Positions 51,347 to 61,789 of a stretch of DNA of 64,000 nt are shown here, in pieces. Both the position numbers and the translations under genes were made by a program. Every line of letters starts with the position of its first letter. Positions within the stretch are counted from its first letter, which is position 1. Source of the DNA: Bdellovibrionota bacterium (GTDB lineage: Bacteria > Bdellovibrionota_C > UBA2361 > JAAYZI01); contig JBMNIF010000001.1 in the NCBI GenBank assembly GCA_050950765.1, positions 288,001 through 352,000 on the forward strand. Direction: 5' to 3'. The notes under the pieces were generated by a model. That model saw only the letters and a list, made by a program, of their open reading frames with translations. It was not told the origin of the DNA and did not search any database.

Positions 51347-53170
51347 ATGTTCAATACGGTTACAGACTCTTGTCCTGCCTGTAAAAAGATCGCTACTCTT
51401 TTTAAAAAGTGTACGGCGTTAAATATAATCTGTGCAGCTATCTGCCTTTTTGAAGGGTGGCGCTTTGTTCAAAGTGTAAAACAGTATTGGTTTAATCCAC
51501 TTGTTTCAACAGATGATGCCTTACAACAGGCGTTTTCATTTTATAACGTCTATCATCCCCAGATCTTTGAAGGAGATCTGATTGCTGAGATGATGCGGGG
51601 ATATTTAGCACCTCTGCACTATCTACTTGGGTACGGGATTACTCTACTCACGAAAGATCCTGTCGTGACGTGTCACTGGATGATGTTGCTTCAACTTGTT
51701 TTAACGCTCACCTTCATTTTTCTCTCCATCCGTTTTGTAGCTGGTTTTGCCCCTGCCGCCTTAGGGGTGGCGTGGTTTATCCATACCCGTCCTGTGATGC
51801 AACGTATTACGGGAGGATTGCCGCGAGGTTGGGCAGCAGCTGTGATTGTAGCGGTTTTTTACTTTATGTTGACAAAGAGACACAAAGCCGTGCTAGTGGC
51901 GTTACTGTGTGGCTGCTTATTACATCCGCCTGCAACGTTAATTGCTGCCGCTATGTATGGAATCTATTTAGTGTTGAGTCTTATCTCTAAAAATGAGCGA
52001 AAAGCGGCTTTTAGAAGGCTGCTTATATACGTGGCCTTATCTCCTCTTTATATCGCCGTTACCTATTTTGTTGTTAGCCGCCCTGAGCATATCGGGCAGA
52101 TGGTTGATTTTAAAACCGCTTCTGCTATGCCGGAGTTTGGAAGTCCGCACGGCAGGTTTACCTTTCTTCCGTTAGCTTCGATCAAATGGGACTTGTTGCA
52201 GTTTGGATTTCAACCGTTCTTTCATTATCTTTATAAACCGAAGTTCGTCTGGGGAGATTATTCTATCATCCTTCTTGGCTGGAAGCGGTGGCTGCTTTGG
52301 CTGATCCCTTTCTCATTTTTAACTTTACTTTTCTTTGATTGGCGTAAGAAAAGGCGTTTAAATCTTCAGATTGTTGCACTTTTTTCTGCGATTATCTTGG
52401 TTTATTTAGCATCACGCCTTCTCGCTTTTAAACTGTATGTTCCTAATAGGCATTTGCAGTTTCCCTTAACGGTAGCTTTAATAATCGCTTTCTGCACCTT
52501 GCTCTGGAGTGTTCTTAATAGATCTGAAGATGGTAAAAGCTCTACCTTTAAAGATGCGTGGTTATCGTTTTTAGGTATGTTCTTATTAGGCGGCGTTGTT
52601 CTACTTGGTACAGGTGGCGGGATGTATGGCGACGCTAATTTTAATTACTCGCTTTATAAAAAAGGCAAGATCTTTGCGTGGATTAGAAAAAACACTGCGC
52701 CCACTGCACTGATAGCAGGACATCCGACTCATATCGATGCTATGCAGCTTTTTGGAATGCGTAAAGCTTTTGTTACAACGGAAACGACACATCCCTTTTA
52801 TCCTGAATATTATAAGGAGATGAAGAGGCGTTACATTATTTCGTTGCGTGCGCATTACGCTAGAGATTGGCAGGAGTTTGTAGACCTCTTAGATCCGGAG
52901 GGGATCGATTATTTTGTTTTTAGTAGGAAACGTTTTTATCCAGAGGTGCTGATGAAAGAGAGATCTCTGATCTTCGCACCGTTAAATGAATTAGCGGCAG
53001 AGCTGACCTCTTATGATTTGCAGGAGTATCTTTATAAGAAGTTGCCGAGAGAGGTTGATCTAGAAGAGGCTCCTTTTATGCTTTTTAAAGATGAGCAGTC
53101 GGCACTGATAGATATTAAAGTATTAAAAGAATGGTTAGCGGCAGGAAAGGCGCTTGATGATGTTAAATAA
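51347..53170 (+). CDS. Polytopic membrane protein, probable GT-C-type glycosyltransferase
   Basis: Many TM helices, early DD motif, soluble C-terminal domain; overlaps the next GT gene. Confidence 0.6.
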   Translation: MFNTVTDSCPACKKIATLFKKCTALNIICAAICLFEGWRFVQSVKQYWFNPLVSTDDALQQAFSFYNVYHPQIFEGDLIAEMMRGYLAPLHYLLGYGITLLTKDPVVTCHWMMLLQLVLTLTFIFLSIRFVAGFAPAALGVAWFIHTRPVMQRITGGLPRGWAAAVIVAVFYFMLTKRHKAVLVALLCGCLLHPPATLIAAAMYGIYLVLSLISKNERKAAFRRLLIYVALSPLYIAVTYFVVSRPEHIGQMVDFKTASAMPEFGSPHGRFTFLPLASIKWDLLQFGFQPFFHYLYKPKFVWGDYSIILLGWKRWLLWLIPFSFLTLLFFDWRKKRRLNLQIVALFSAIILVYLASRLLAFKLYVPNRHLQFPLTVALIIAFCTLLWSVLNRSEDGKSSTFKDAWLSFLGMFLLGGVVLLGTGGGMYGDANFNYSLYKKGKIFAWIRKNTAPTALIAGHPTHIDAMQLFGMRKAFVTTETTHPFYPEYYKEMKRRYIISLRAHYARDWQEFVDLLDPEGIDYFVFSRKRFYPEVLMKERSLIFAPLNELAAELTSYDLQEYLYKKLPREVDLEEAPFMLFKDEQSALIDIKVLKEWLAAGKALDDVK

Positions 53171-55385
53171 GAAACAGATCCATATTATCACTTTAGGAGT
53201 GTTTTCCTTTATTGTGGCTGTTTTTGCCTGCGGGGTAGGGTATCATGGCTATTTTACGCCGCAATCTGCTTTAGGAGTTTTTAGTAAGATACATGGAGAT
53301 TCTTGGCTTGAAGACGGGGCTGCCATGTCATTTAGTGGCTTGGCAGAACGGGGTAATCGGGTTGATCTAAGATTTACAGGTTGGTATCCGAAAGGTCTAC
53401 CACCTGCTAAGATCAGAGCTTCTGTGTGTGGTGATGTTGTTGCTGAGTTTGATGCCTTACCAAACTTAGTTCAGTCGGTTTACCTAAAAGGCACTTGTGA
53501 GCCGAGAGAGGTAACCTTTAAAATCCTAAACCCCTTTCAGGTTTCAGCAAAAGATTCCAGACAGTTGGGAGCGCAACTAATCTCAGCAAAAGTTACTTCA
53601 CGGCTGGGAGTGCCGATCGTTAACTTAAAAAGTATAACGTCTGTTGGTATAGTAATTTTTATCCTGACCATTCTTACATATTGTGTACTGTTATCGTTTT
53701 CCACTAAAGCCACCTGTTTTGCTCTTCTTACGCCGATCTGTGCGATCTTCTGTTTTGAAAGTGCGACCCTTGAGAGACCTGATAAATTAATCGCCATCGG
53801 ATTATTTTGTGGCGCTGTCCTCGCTGGAATGTTGCTCAGGAAGAAAGATTTTGATCCTAAAGATCAATCTTGTCACTGTTGTATTCGTTACCTCCTTATC
53901 TTTGCACTTTTAACGGCAGCATCTTTACGGTTTTATGGTATAACCTTCGGACTCCCTGCTAATTATCATCCTGATGAGGTTCCTAAATATAATGCGATCA
54001 TGTCCATGTATAACGGAGGGACTTTAGATCCGAACTATTTTAAACATCCAAGCTTACTTCTTTACTCTACATATTTTGCAAATGTAGTGGTGCATTACTT
54101 TTTAAGTTTGTTTGGTAGCGCGCGCGAGTGGGGTGAAACTTTGATTTTATCGGGTAGGTTTGTCAGTGCTACTGCTGGAACGTTATCAGTTTTTTTTGTT
54201 TACATTATAGGGAAAAGGCTTTTTTCAAGAGGAACAGGTCTTATCGCAGCTTGGATTTTGGCGGTGCTGCCGTTACACGTAACTTGCAGCAGGTATGTTA
54301 AAGAAGATGCGTTATTAACCTGCTTTGTTTTAGCAACAGTTGTTGTTGTATTAAAAGCAGTTTATGAAGATAAAAAATATTTAATGCTTGTAGCGGGGCT
54401 ACTTGCTGGTGGGTCGGCAGGGGTAAAATATTCTGGAGCGCTTTCTGCTTTTATTTTAATAGCGGCACCATTTCTTAAGTCACGCTCTTTTAAGCCTGAT
54501 AAAACATATACCTTTTTAACAGTGTTGGCACTCTGTTTTGTGCCGTTAGGATTTCTGATCTCTACACCTTACAGTGTGCTTAATTCGACACAATTTTTAC
54601 GCGATTTTAATTATGAAAAAAACCATATGCAGAAGGGGCACTTTGTCTCGATTGATGCGTGGTCATATTTTTGGATGTATCATTTTAAACGAAGCATTAT
54701 TCCAGGAGTCTCTTTACCGATAGCGTTGTTAGGTGCAGCGGGGATCGGAGTTTTGTTGCGGAGATTTAAGATCAATGGACTTTATCTAATAGCGCTCTTT
54801 TTGCTCTACTATCTTCCGGCAGAATATGTGAAAGCAAAACCGGCGCCGCAGCCGGAGCGTTATATTTTACCGTGTTTGCCATTTATTGCGCTACTGGCAG
54901 CTGTTACTATACAAACGCTTTGTGATAAGTACAAAAAACTTTTGCCGTATTGCGTTTTACTCTTACTACTGCCTCCGTTTATTAGGAGTGTAAACCTTGC
55001 CTCCGAGATAAAGTATGATACCAGAGAAAAGATGCGCGATTGGATCCATCTCAATCTTCCTGATCAAAGTACAATAGCGATTGATATGAAAGCTTATGCC
55101 ATGCCGTTTTCTGACGATCGGATTAAAGTATTTGAATTGGATAGAAAAACTATTATTGAACAACTTGATGTTAAGAGGTTAAGACGTTCAGAGGGTGATT
55201 ACCTCTTGATTTCCAGCCTTTTTTACGATCGTTATTTTAGTCAAAGAGAGGCGAACCCTGCTGTGAGAGAAGTGTTTAGAAACCTAAAAAGAAGGCTTCG
55301 TCTCGTGCATAAAGAAAAACCGAAGTACGGGACTTACGGCTTTCACAATCCGAAACTACTACTGTTCTCGATACACGATTCGTAA
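53157..55385 (+). CDS. GT39/ArnT-like (GT-C) glycosyltransferase
   Basis: YHPDE, GRFVSA.AG, GVKY, ERYILP. Confidence 0.82.
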   Translation: MMLNKKQIHIITLGVFSFIVAVFACGVGYHGYFTPQSALGVFSKIHGDSWLEDGAAMSFSGLAERGNRVDLRFTGWYPKGLPPAKIRASVCGDVVAEFDALPNLVQSVYLKGTCEPREVTFKILNPFQVSAKDSRQLGAQLISAKVTSRLGVPIVNLKSITSVGIVIFILTILTYCVLLSFSTKATCFALLTPICAIFCFESATLERPDKLIAIGLFCGAVLAGMLLRKKDFDPKDQSCHCCIRYLLIFALLTAASLRFYGITFGLPANYHPDEVPKYNAIMSMYNGGTLDPNYFKHPSLLLYSTYFANVVVHYFLSLFGSAREWGETLILSGRFVSATAGTLSVFFVYIIGKRLFSRGTGLIAAWILAVLPLHVTCSRYVKEDALLTCFVLATVVVVLKAVYEDKKYLMLVAGLLAGGSAGVKYSGALSAFILIAAPFLKSRSFKPDKTYTFLTVLALCFVPLGFLISTPYSVLNSTQFLRDFNYEKNHMQKGHFVSIDAWSYFWMYHFKRSIIPGVSLPIALLGAAGIGVLLRRFKINGLYLIALFLLYYLPAEYVKAKPAPQPERYILPCLPFIALLAAVTIQTLCDKYKKLLPYCVLLLLLPPFIRSVNLASEIKYDTREKMRDWIHLNLPDQSTIAIDMKAYAMPFSDDRIKVFELDRKTIIEQLDVKRLRRSEGDYLLISSLFYDRYFSQREANPAVREVFRNLKRRLRLVHKEKPKYGTYGFHNPKLLLFSIHDS

Positions 55386-55422
55386 TGCTTTGTAAGACAA
55401 TAACGAGTAGCGGTGTCGGGAG

Positions 55423-56478
55423 TTAACCTTGAAATGCTGCTGCTGGCATAAAATCTTCATCTGAAATCGAATCAGTTGGTAACGTCTCACTGATATATTG
55501 AACCAGATATTTAGATCTCTCTGAAAAACAATCAGCACTTTCCAGATCCCAATCGGTTATCTGAGTATAGACGATACACTCTCTATTTCTAAGGAGGGGT
55601 AGTACTCCGCAGAATGATAGACCGTGATCTTCTAAATACTGGCAAAAGTCAGGGCAGGATGGGTCTTTCATACTGACGAAAAAGAGGTTTGGAACTGATG
55701 GCGAAAGATAATCGCTAATAACATTAAAATTAGTAAGTAGACTCGGAGTTATATATACATGAGAAAAACCTTGTCCGTAATATCTGCGAGCTTCGCAAGC
55801 TCTAATATCGGTTGGAACTGCAAAATATTCACCAGCGACTGATTGAAAAGACCTCTTTAGTCCACTTCCGTTATAGAGATACTTACAAGCTTCAAGGTGC
55901 TTTTGTGGAACGTATAAAGTTTCTGTCTCGGAAGGAATTTGAGATTGAGGGGAGAGGATTTTTTGAGCGAAAATAGCGTTTCGTCTTTTGGTGATATCTT
56001 TTGATTGTGGAGCTGCTCTGAAATAGTGGGGGAAGATAGCAGTTTCGAGTAGTCCGAAGGTATCACTCGCCACCTGTTGATAGCGACGCTCTTTAGACAT
56101 CAATAAGGCGTAAACACTACTCCAACGGTGACGCTCCGCCTGTTTTTTTACCATCTGCCAAGCCACCTCAGCCAGTTGGTCAATAAGGTAGAGGTGTTGA
56201 GGGTCTACTGCTGGAAAAGTTACTTGCACACTGTTACTTAGTTTACGATCTGGTTGAATGGCGAGGTGTGCGATGATTTTATTATTCATCAAAGCTAAGA
56301 TGCTGGAGAAGCGGGTACTAATTCGTCTACTCCAAAATTGCATATCATAAACGCCCTGTTCTGGAAAACTTTGACCGTATTCTGCCGTGAAAAGTTTGAT
56401 GATATTACGAATCTCAATTTCATTATCGGGGTTTCCTGCTTTTATACGAACATCTTTTAACTCATTATTCTGCTGCAT
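55423..56478 (-). CDS. Hypothetical protein, possible GNAT-like fold
   Basis: 351-aa ORF; IIAHLAI, AVDPQH, GLSFCGVLP. Confidence 0.6.
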   Translation of the reverse strand: MQQNNELKDVRIKAGNPDNEIEIRNIIKLFTAEYGQSFPEQGVYDMQFWSRRISTRFSSILALMNNKIIAHLAIQPDRKLSNSVQVTFPAVDPQHLYLIDQLAEVAWQMVKKQAERHRWSSVYALLMSKERRYQQVASDTFGLLETAIFPHYFRAAPQSKDITKRRNAIFAQKILSPQSQIPSETETLYVPQKHLEACKYLYNGSGLKRSFQSVAGEYFAVPTDIRACEARRYYGQGFSHVYITPSLLTNFNVISDYLSPSVPNLFFVSMKDPSCPDFCQYLEDHGLSFCGVLPLLRNRECIVYTQITDWDLESADCFSERSKYLVQYISETLPTDSISDEDFMPAAAFQG

Positions 56479-56839
56479 AGGGCAAAAGCCTCTCTCAAAT
56501 ACGTATTGTCTAAATTAAAATAGATATCTTTATATTTTTTAGAGTAGTTCGAGAGAATCAAACTTGCTACTCTTATCAAAGCTTCTTTTTGGTGTTAAAA
56601 CCTTCCCGTTACACCGTGCAACAGACTCAAGCAGATGGCAAAGAGGCACGAAAAACGGTTAACGTCATATTGTTGGCAATTCTATTTTGCCATTACGTTT
56701 ATTGCAATGTAGTATAGGCAAATATGTAGATTGAACTCAAATTGGGCGTAAAAAACATTGTAATAATAACTTATTATCCACAGAATGATCGTTCAAGGGG
56801 TCTCTCTTTTAATTAGGAAAAGATCATAGGAAAAGATTA

Positions 56840-58507
56840 GTGGCTGAAAAATTAAAGGGAAATACAAAAGGCTTATCTCTCTCTCAGATTAAGAGGGTGG
56901 AGAAGCTTTTTAATAGAAAAATTCAACAAGATGAGGTTGTATCTCCTGAGTTTGCGCGAGAGCTTTATGAGGCGGCAGAGAGTTTAGGGCGACGCATCGG
57001 TGTCTTGATAACAAGGGAAGGAGAGATTGCAGAGGTTATTTTAGGCACTAAAAATATTATATATCTCCCCGATCTTGGACGCTCTCGTTTAGGGGGTGCT
57101 CGTTTGCGACGCTTACGTTTCGTTTTTAGCGATCTCTCTATCAATGCAAAGCAAGTTATCCCGTCTGATGTCTATATTGACTTGGAAAAATTAAGGTTAG
57201 ATCTAGTGGCGGGCGTTAAGGTGGAGAAAGGCAAGGTTAGACTTGCTTACGCTTATAACGTACCGGAGAGGGGGGCTGATAATCGTGCAGTTAAAACGGA
57301 AGTAATTGAAAATTTAGCTGCGGGCACCCTTAATTTTTCGGAATTTATTGAAAACTTGGAAGGGGAGTTCTCTCGGAAAAGTTTACATGTAGCGCAAGGA
57401 AAAGATCGGGCTGTTCTTGTAGGGGTGTATCCTAAGAATGCTAAAAATGTAGAAGATTCGATGAACGAATTGCAGGAGCTGGCAAAAACGGCGGGTGTGC
57501 AAGTTATAGATAAGATCTTTCAGCGCAGGGATCCGGATCCGCGAACGTTACTTGGAAAGGGAAAACTTGAAGAGGTGGTCCTGCACTGTTTGCGGTGTGA
57601 TGCGGAGATTATTATTTTTGATACTGAATTAACGCCGTCACAGTGGCGAGTTATTACAAATAGTACGGATCTGCGTGTCTTGGATCGCAGTATGTTGATC
57701 TTAGATATCTTCTCTCAACGTGCAAGGAGTAGTGACGGACGTTTACAGGTGGAGTTAGCGCAATTAAAATATAATTTACCACGTTTAGTAGAAAAAGATG
57801 CGGGGCTTTCTCGTTTAACAGGTGGAATCGGTGGTAGAGGTCCAGGGGAAACGAAATTAGAGATTGGGCGGCGTCGTTCGAGAGAAAAAATTCGTGATAT
57901 AGAATTACAGATAGAGAAGTTTGCTAAGCAGCGAGCTTTAAAAAGACAGCAACGTAACATAAAAGAGATCCCGTTGGTGGCGTTACTCGGATACACCAAT
58001 GTTGGAAAGTCCACTCTCTTTAACGCATTAACAGATAGCTCCGTTCTGGCAGAGTCAAAACTTTTTGCCACCTTAGATCTTTCGCAGCGTAGATTGTTTC
58101 TGCCTGCTGTTGCGGAGGATGTTGATGGTGAAGGAAAAGCTATTTTTGAGGATCGGGGACGTACTGTAATTTTAGTTGATACGGTAGGGTTTATTCGAGA
58201 CCTGCCGGAGGAATTAACAGTTGCGTTTAAAGCCACTCTGGAAGAGGCGGAGGGAGCAGCGCTACTGTTGCATGTGCTGGATGCTTCAGATCCGGAGATC
58301 GCTTTAAGAAAACAGGCGGTAGATAAAATTATCTCGGATATGAATTTAGCGGATACTCCGCAGTTGATAGTTTTAAATAAAACGGATCGGATTTCAGAAG
58401 AGGAGGCTACTTTATTAGAAAAAGAGTATGGTGCCGTTGCAGTTTCTGCCTTATCAAAAAAAGGTCTGCCACTATTGTTAGGCAAGTTGGGAAGTTGCCT
58501 TAAGTAG
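56840..58507 (+). CDS. hflX: GTPase HflX (long form with N-terminal extension)
   Basis: LQVELAQL, GGRGPGETKLE, GYTNVGKS, LFATLD, DTVGFI, NKTD. Confidence 0.96.
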   Translation: MAEKLKGNTKGLSLSQIKRVEKLFNRKIQQDEVVSPEFARELYEAAESLGRRIGVLITREGEIAEVILGTKNIIYLPDLGRSRLGGARLRRLRFVFSDLSINAKQVIPSDVYIDLEKLRLDLVAGVKVEKGKVRLAYAYNVPERGADNRAVKTEVIENLAAGTLNFSEFIENLEGEFSRKSLHVAQGKDRAVLVGVYPKNAKNVEDSMNELQELAKTAGVQVIDKIFQRRDPDPRTLLGKGKLEEVVLHCLRCDAEIIIFDTELTPSQWRVITNSTDLRVLDRSMLILDIFSQRARSSDGRLQVELAQLKYNLPRLVEKDAGLSRLTGGIGGRGPGETKLEIGRRRSREKIRDIELQIEKFAKQRALKRQQRNIKEIPLVALLGYTNVGKSTLFNALTDSSVLAESKLFATLDLSQRRLFLPAVAEDVDGEGKAIFEDRGRTVILVDTVGFIRDLPEELTVAFKATLEEAEGAALLLHVLDASDPEIALRKQAVDKIISDMNLADTPQLIVLNKTDRISEEEATLLEKEYGAVAVSALSKKGLPLLLGKLGSCLK

Positions 58508-58572
58508 GGTGTTGCCCACCTTCTGATTTAGGCTTTGTAGTCAGTGCCACTTATGTTTTTAGAGGTAAGATT

Positions 58573-58912
58573 TTAAACTTTTTACAATTAAATTACTTAA
58601 ATAAGTTAAGGGCGTTAGCGACCGCTTAAGGCTTGGCTAAGAGTGGGTGTGTCTTTTTTGGGATATAAACGTGTTGCCTTAAAAATAAATTAGACTAAGA
58701 GGAGGAGTTGAAGTACTATCCTAGTGGCGATCTTTTTCTAAAGATTAAAAAATTAGTTAAGTAGAAGAGAAAAAATAAAGTGCTCTCGCATGACAGTTTT
58801 TATATCTCTGTGATGTGAGGGCGCACGGCAAAAATAAAGGTAATTTAGAAAGGTTTTTATACTGCTTGCGTGTCTCTCTATGGCAGCTCCTAAAAGTGTT
58901 AATGGAGCTATT
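58573..58912 (+). repeat. Array module copy 1 (leader half only)
   Basis: TTAAACTTTTTACAATT..GGAGCTATT shared with later copies. Confidence 0.92.
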
Positions 58913-58945
58913 ACATCCATAACCTTGTTCATAAAGGAAACTATC

Positions 58946-59053
58946 ATGAACGTGAAAAGATTAGAAGACACCGTGCTTTTAGGCGGTGGCGGGTTTGAAA
59001 ACATGGAAAGATGAGAGAGCTGCGCGTTGCGCAACAACGCTCTAATTGAGTAA
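58946..59053 (+). pseudogene. Array slot 1: short or remnant ORF (22 aa, then TGA; same frame continues to TAA at the module start)
   Basis: AAGGA SD; MNVKRLEDTVLLGGGGFENMER*ESCALRNNALIE*. Confidence 0.5.
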
Positions 59054-59627
59054 ACCATCGTGCGATGGTTGTTTTCCGCAAAAACTGATTAGGAAAGGAG
59101 GTAATATGAGGTTAGAGAGCCAGAGAGGGAATGTAATCTTAACTCTGGCTCTCACCTGATAGGTTTCAAGTGTTTGCTGTGTGGCTCTCTAACCTTTTTA
59201 ATCTTCTTTAATCTTCATCTATAAGGTGTGTCTTTTTTTCTTTCATCGTGTGTTCTGCTTCTACAATTAAGGACGCTTAAACTTTACATTAAACTTTTTA
59301 CAATTAAATTACTTAAATAAGTTAAGGGCGTTAGGGATCGCTTAAGGCTTGGGTAAGAGAGGGTGTTTCTTTTTTTGGGATATAAATTAAAATTAGACTA
59401 AGAAGAAGGGATGGAATAAGATCCTGCCGGTGATCTTTATCTAAAGTTCCCCTAAAGATTAAAAAATTAGTTAGGTAGAAGAGAAAAAATAAAGTGCTCT
59501 CGCATGACAGTTTTTATATCTCTGTGATGGGAGGGCACACGGCAAAAATAAAGGTAATTTAGAAAGGTTTTATACTGCTTGCGTGCACCTCTCTATGGCA
59601 GCTCCTAAAAGTGTTAATGGAGCTATT
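59046..59627 (+). repeat. Array module copy 2
   Basis: GAGTAAACCATCG..GGAGCTATT, near-identical to copies 3-5. Confidence 0.95.
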
Positions 59628-59672
59628 TTCGGTAAAAACTCTTTTATAAGATTCCTTAGGAGGTACTTAACT

Positions 59673-60178
59673 ATGGATACTAAAAGAGAACGCCAACGGA
59701 AATTGTTGGAGAAAGCATGGGAAGAAAACCCAGCTCTGTTTGTTTATTGTTTGGTCATTGTGGTTGCTGAGAAAGCTCTCAAACTTGTGGGTAACAACAA
59801 TTTCGAAAGCCCAGTCTTACCAAGATCGCCTGACAACGAAGGCGAGTTTGCAATTGAACTGTGTCGAGTTAAAGAAGGTGTGGTTGTGAACTGCAAAGGT
59901 CAATCCGCACCATTCTTCGACTACAAGTTCCCGCGATCAGCGCTCGACTTTCTGTTCAAAATTGGTTCGGATGTGTTGTTGACGTTGATGATGAACGCCC
60001 CCCAGATTGCTGCGCAGCGACCCTTGAGGAACAAAATACAAAAAACCTGCGTGTATTTATTCTGTTCGCCAGACAACTGCAGAGTGATAAGAAATCCTTA
60101 GCTCAATTCGTTCTGCAGTTCGCGGATCCCCTTGAGAAGATGTTGTCTACCTTCCTCGTAAAAGCAAAAACTGATTAG
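59673..60178 (+). CDS. Array slot 2 orphan (142 aa to 60101; probable frameshift, -1 frame open to 60178)
   Basis: AGGAGG SD, ATG 59673; -1 frame reads NLRVFILFARQL..KAKTD* and ends inside the next module. Confidence 0.7.
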
Positions 60179-60704
60179 GAAAGGAGGTAATATGAGGTTA
60201 GAGAGCCAGAGGGGAGATGTAATCTTACTCTGGCTCTCACCTGATAGGTTTCAAGTGTTTGCTGTGTGGCTCTCTAACCTTTTTAATCTTCATCTATAAG
60301 GTGTGTCTTTTTTTTCTTTTATCTTGTGTTCTGCTTCTACAATTAAGGACGCTTAAACTTTACATTAAACTTTTTACAATTAAATTACTTAAATAAGTTA
60401 AGGGCGTTAGCGACCGCTTAAGGCTTGGGTAAGAGTGGGTGTGTCTTTTTTTGGGGATATAAATTAAAATTAGACTAAGAAGAAGGGATGGAATAAGATC
60501 CTGCCGGTGATCTTTATCTAAAGTTCCCCTAAAGATTAAAAAATTAGTTAGGTAGAAGAGAAAAAATAAAGTGCTCTCGCATGACAGTTTTTATACCTCT
60601 GTGATGGGAGGGCACACGGCAAAAATAAAGGTAATTTAGAAAGGTTTTATACTGCTTGCGTGCACCTCTCTATGGCAGCTCCTAAAAGTGTTAAAGGAGC
60701 TATT
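60164..60704 (+). repeat. Array module copy 3
   Basis: GCAAAAACTGATTAGG..GGAGCTATT. Confidence 0.95.
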
Positions 60705-60744
60705 ACATCCATAACCTTTTTATAAGATCCTCTAGGAGGTGACT

Positions 60745-61209
60745 ATGCGTAACATCAGAGGAGAGCTCCAATGGGAATTGTTGGAGAAAGCGCGGGAAGA
60801 CAGGGAATGCTTGGGGGACTCGTCTTCCCGAGAAGAGGCCCAAAAAGCGGTTTTCAGGCTCTTTGGGGTTCTTGAGGAATATGAGCTCAGGGGAGACGCC
60901 AAGTTTACGTTTCTCCGTAGCAGAAAGTTGAAAGTCGACTTTGATGGCGGAGGCTCTACTGGGGTAGTGCATATATTCTTCCGCAATCCTGATACGAACG
61001 AGAAGATCCTTCACGTCGGAATTATGCGTGAAACGCTTGGATTCATGCTTGCGAATTTGAAGGGCTCAAAGCCTAATGAGTTTGATGGACTCTTTAAAAA
61101 ATACAAGAACAGCCTGAACAACCTCCTCATTTTCGCCGTATCACTGGAGATAGCGGAGATCGTGGAGCTGCTTAATGAAGCTCTCGATTCCCGTGATTCC
61201 GTTGAGTAG
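60745..61209 (+). CDS. Array slot 3 orphan (154 aa)
   Basis: AGGAGG SD; stop TAG lies in the module start; N-terminus related to slot 2. Confidence 0.8.
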   Translation: MRNIRGELQWELLEKAREDRECLGDSSSREEAQKAVFRLFGVLEEYELRGDAKFTFLRSRKLKVDFDGGGSTGVVHIFFRNPDTNEKILHVGIMRETLGFMLANLKGSKPNEFDGLFKKYKNSLNNLLIFAVSLEIAEIVELLNEALDSRDSVE

Positions 61210-61756
61210 ACCATCGTGCGATGGTGGTCCGCAAGAACTGATTGTAGAAAAGGTGATAAAGAGCCAGAGGGAGTATGCAATCTTAACTCTGGCTCTCACC
61301 TGATAGGTTTCAAGTGTTTGCTGTGTGGCTCTCTAACCTTTTAATCTTCATCTATAAAGCGTGGCTTTTTTTATCTTGTGATCTGCTTCTACAATTAAGG
61401 ACGCTTAAACTTTACATTAAACTTTTTACAATTGAATTACTTAAATAAGTTAAGGGCGTTAGCGACCGCTTAAGGTTTGGGTAAGAGTGGGTGTGTCTTT
61501 TTTTTAGATATAAATTAAAATTAGACTAAGAAGAAGGGATGGAATAAGATCCTGCCGGTGATCTTTATCTAAAGTTCCCCTAAAGATTAAAAAATTAGTT
61601 AGGTAGAAGAGAAAAAATAAAGTGCTCTCGCATGACAGTTTTTATATCTCTGTGATGGGAGGGCACACGGCAAAAATAAAGGTAATTTAGAAAGGTTTTT
61701 ATACTGCTTGCGTGCACCTCTCTATGGCAGCTCCTAAAAGTGTTAAAGGAGCTATT
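61202..61756 (+). repeat. Array module copy 4
   Basis: TTGAGTAGACCATCG..GGAGCTATT. Confidence 0.95.
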
Positions 61757-61789
61757 TTCGGTAAAAACTCTGATGTTAGGAGTTAGGAT

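Noticed and set aside
57715..58485. 256-aa antisense ORF in hflX, and similar shadows in trmFO and V-ATPase subunit A
   Set aside because: Fully antisense to well-conserved genes
58753..59672. ORF 58753-59058 (-) and the GTG 59583 extension of slot 2
   Set aside because: They run through non-coding module sequence; the SD supports ATG 59673
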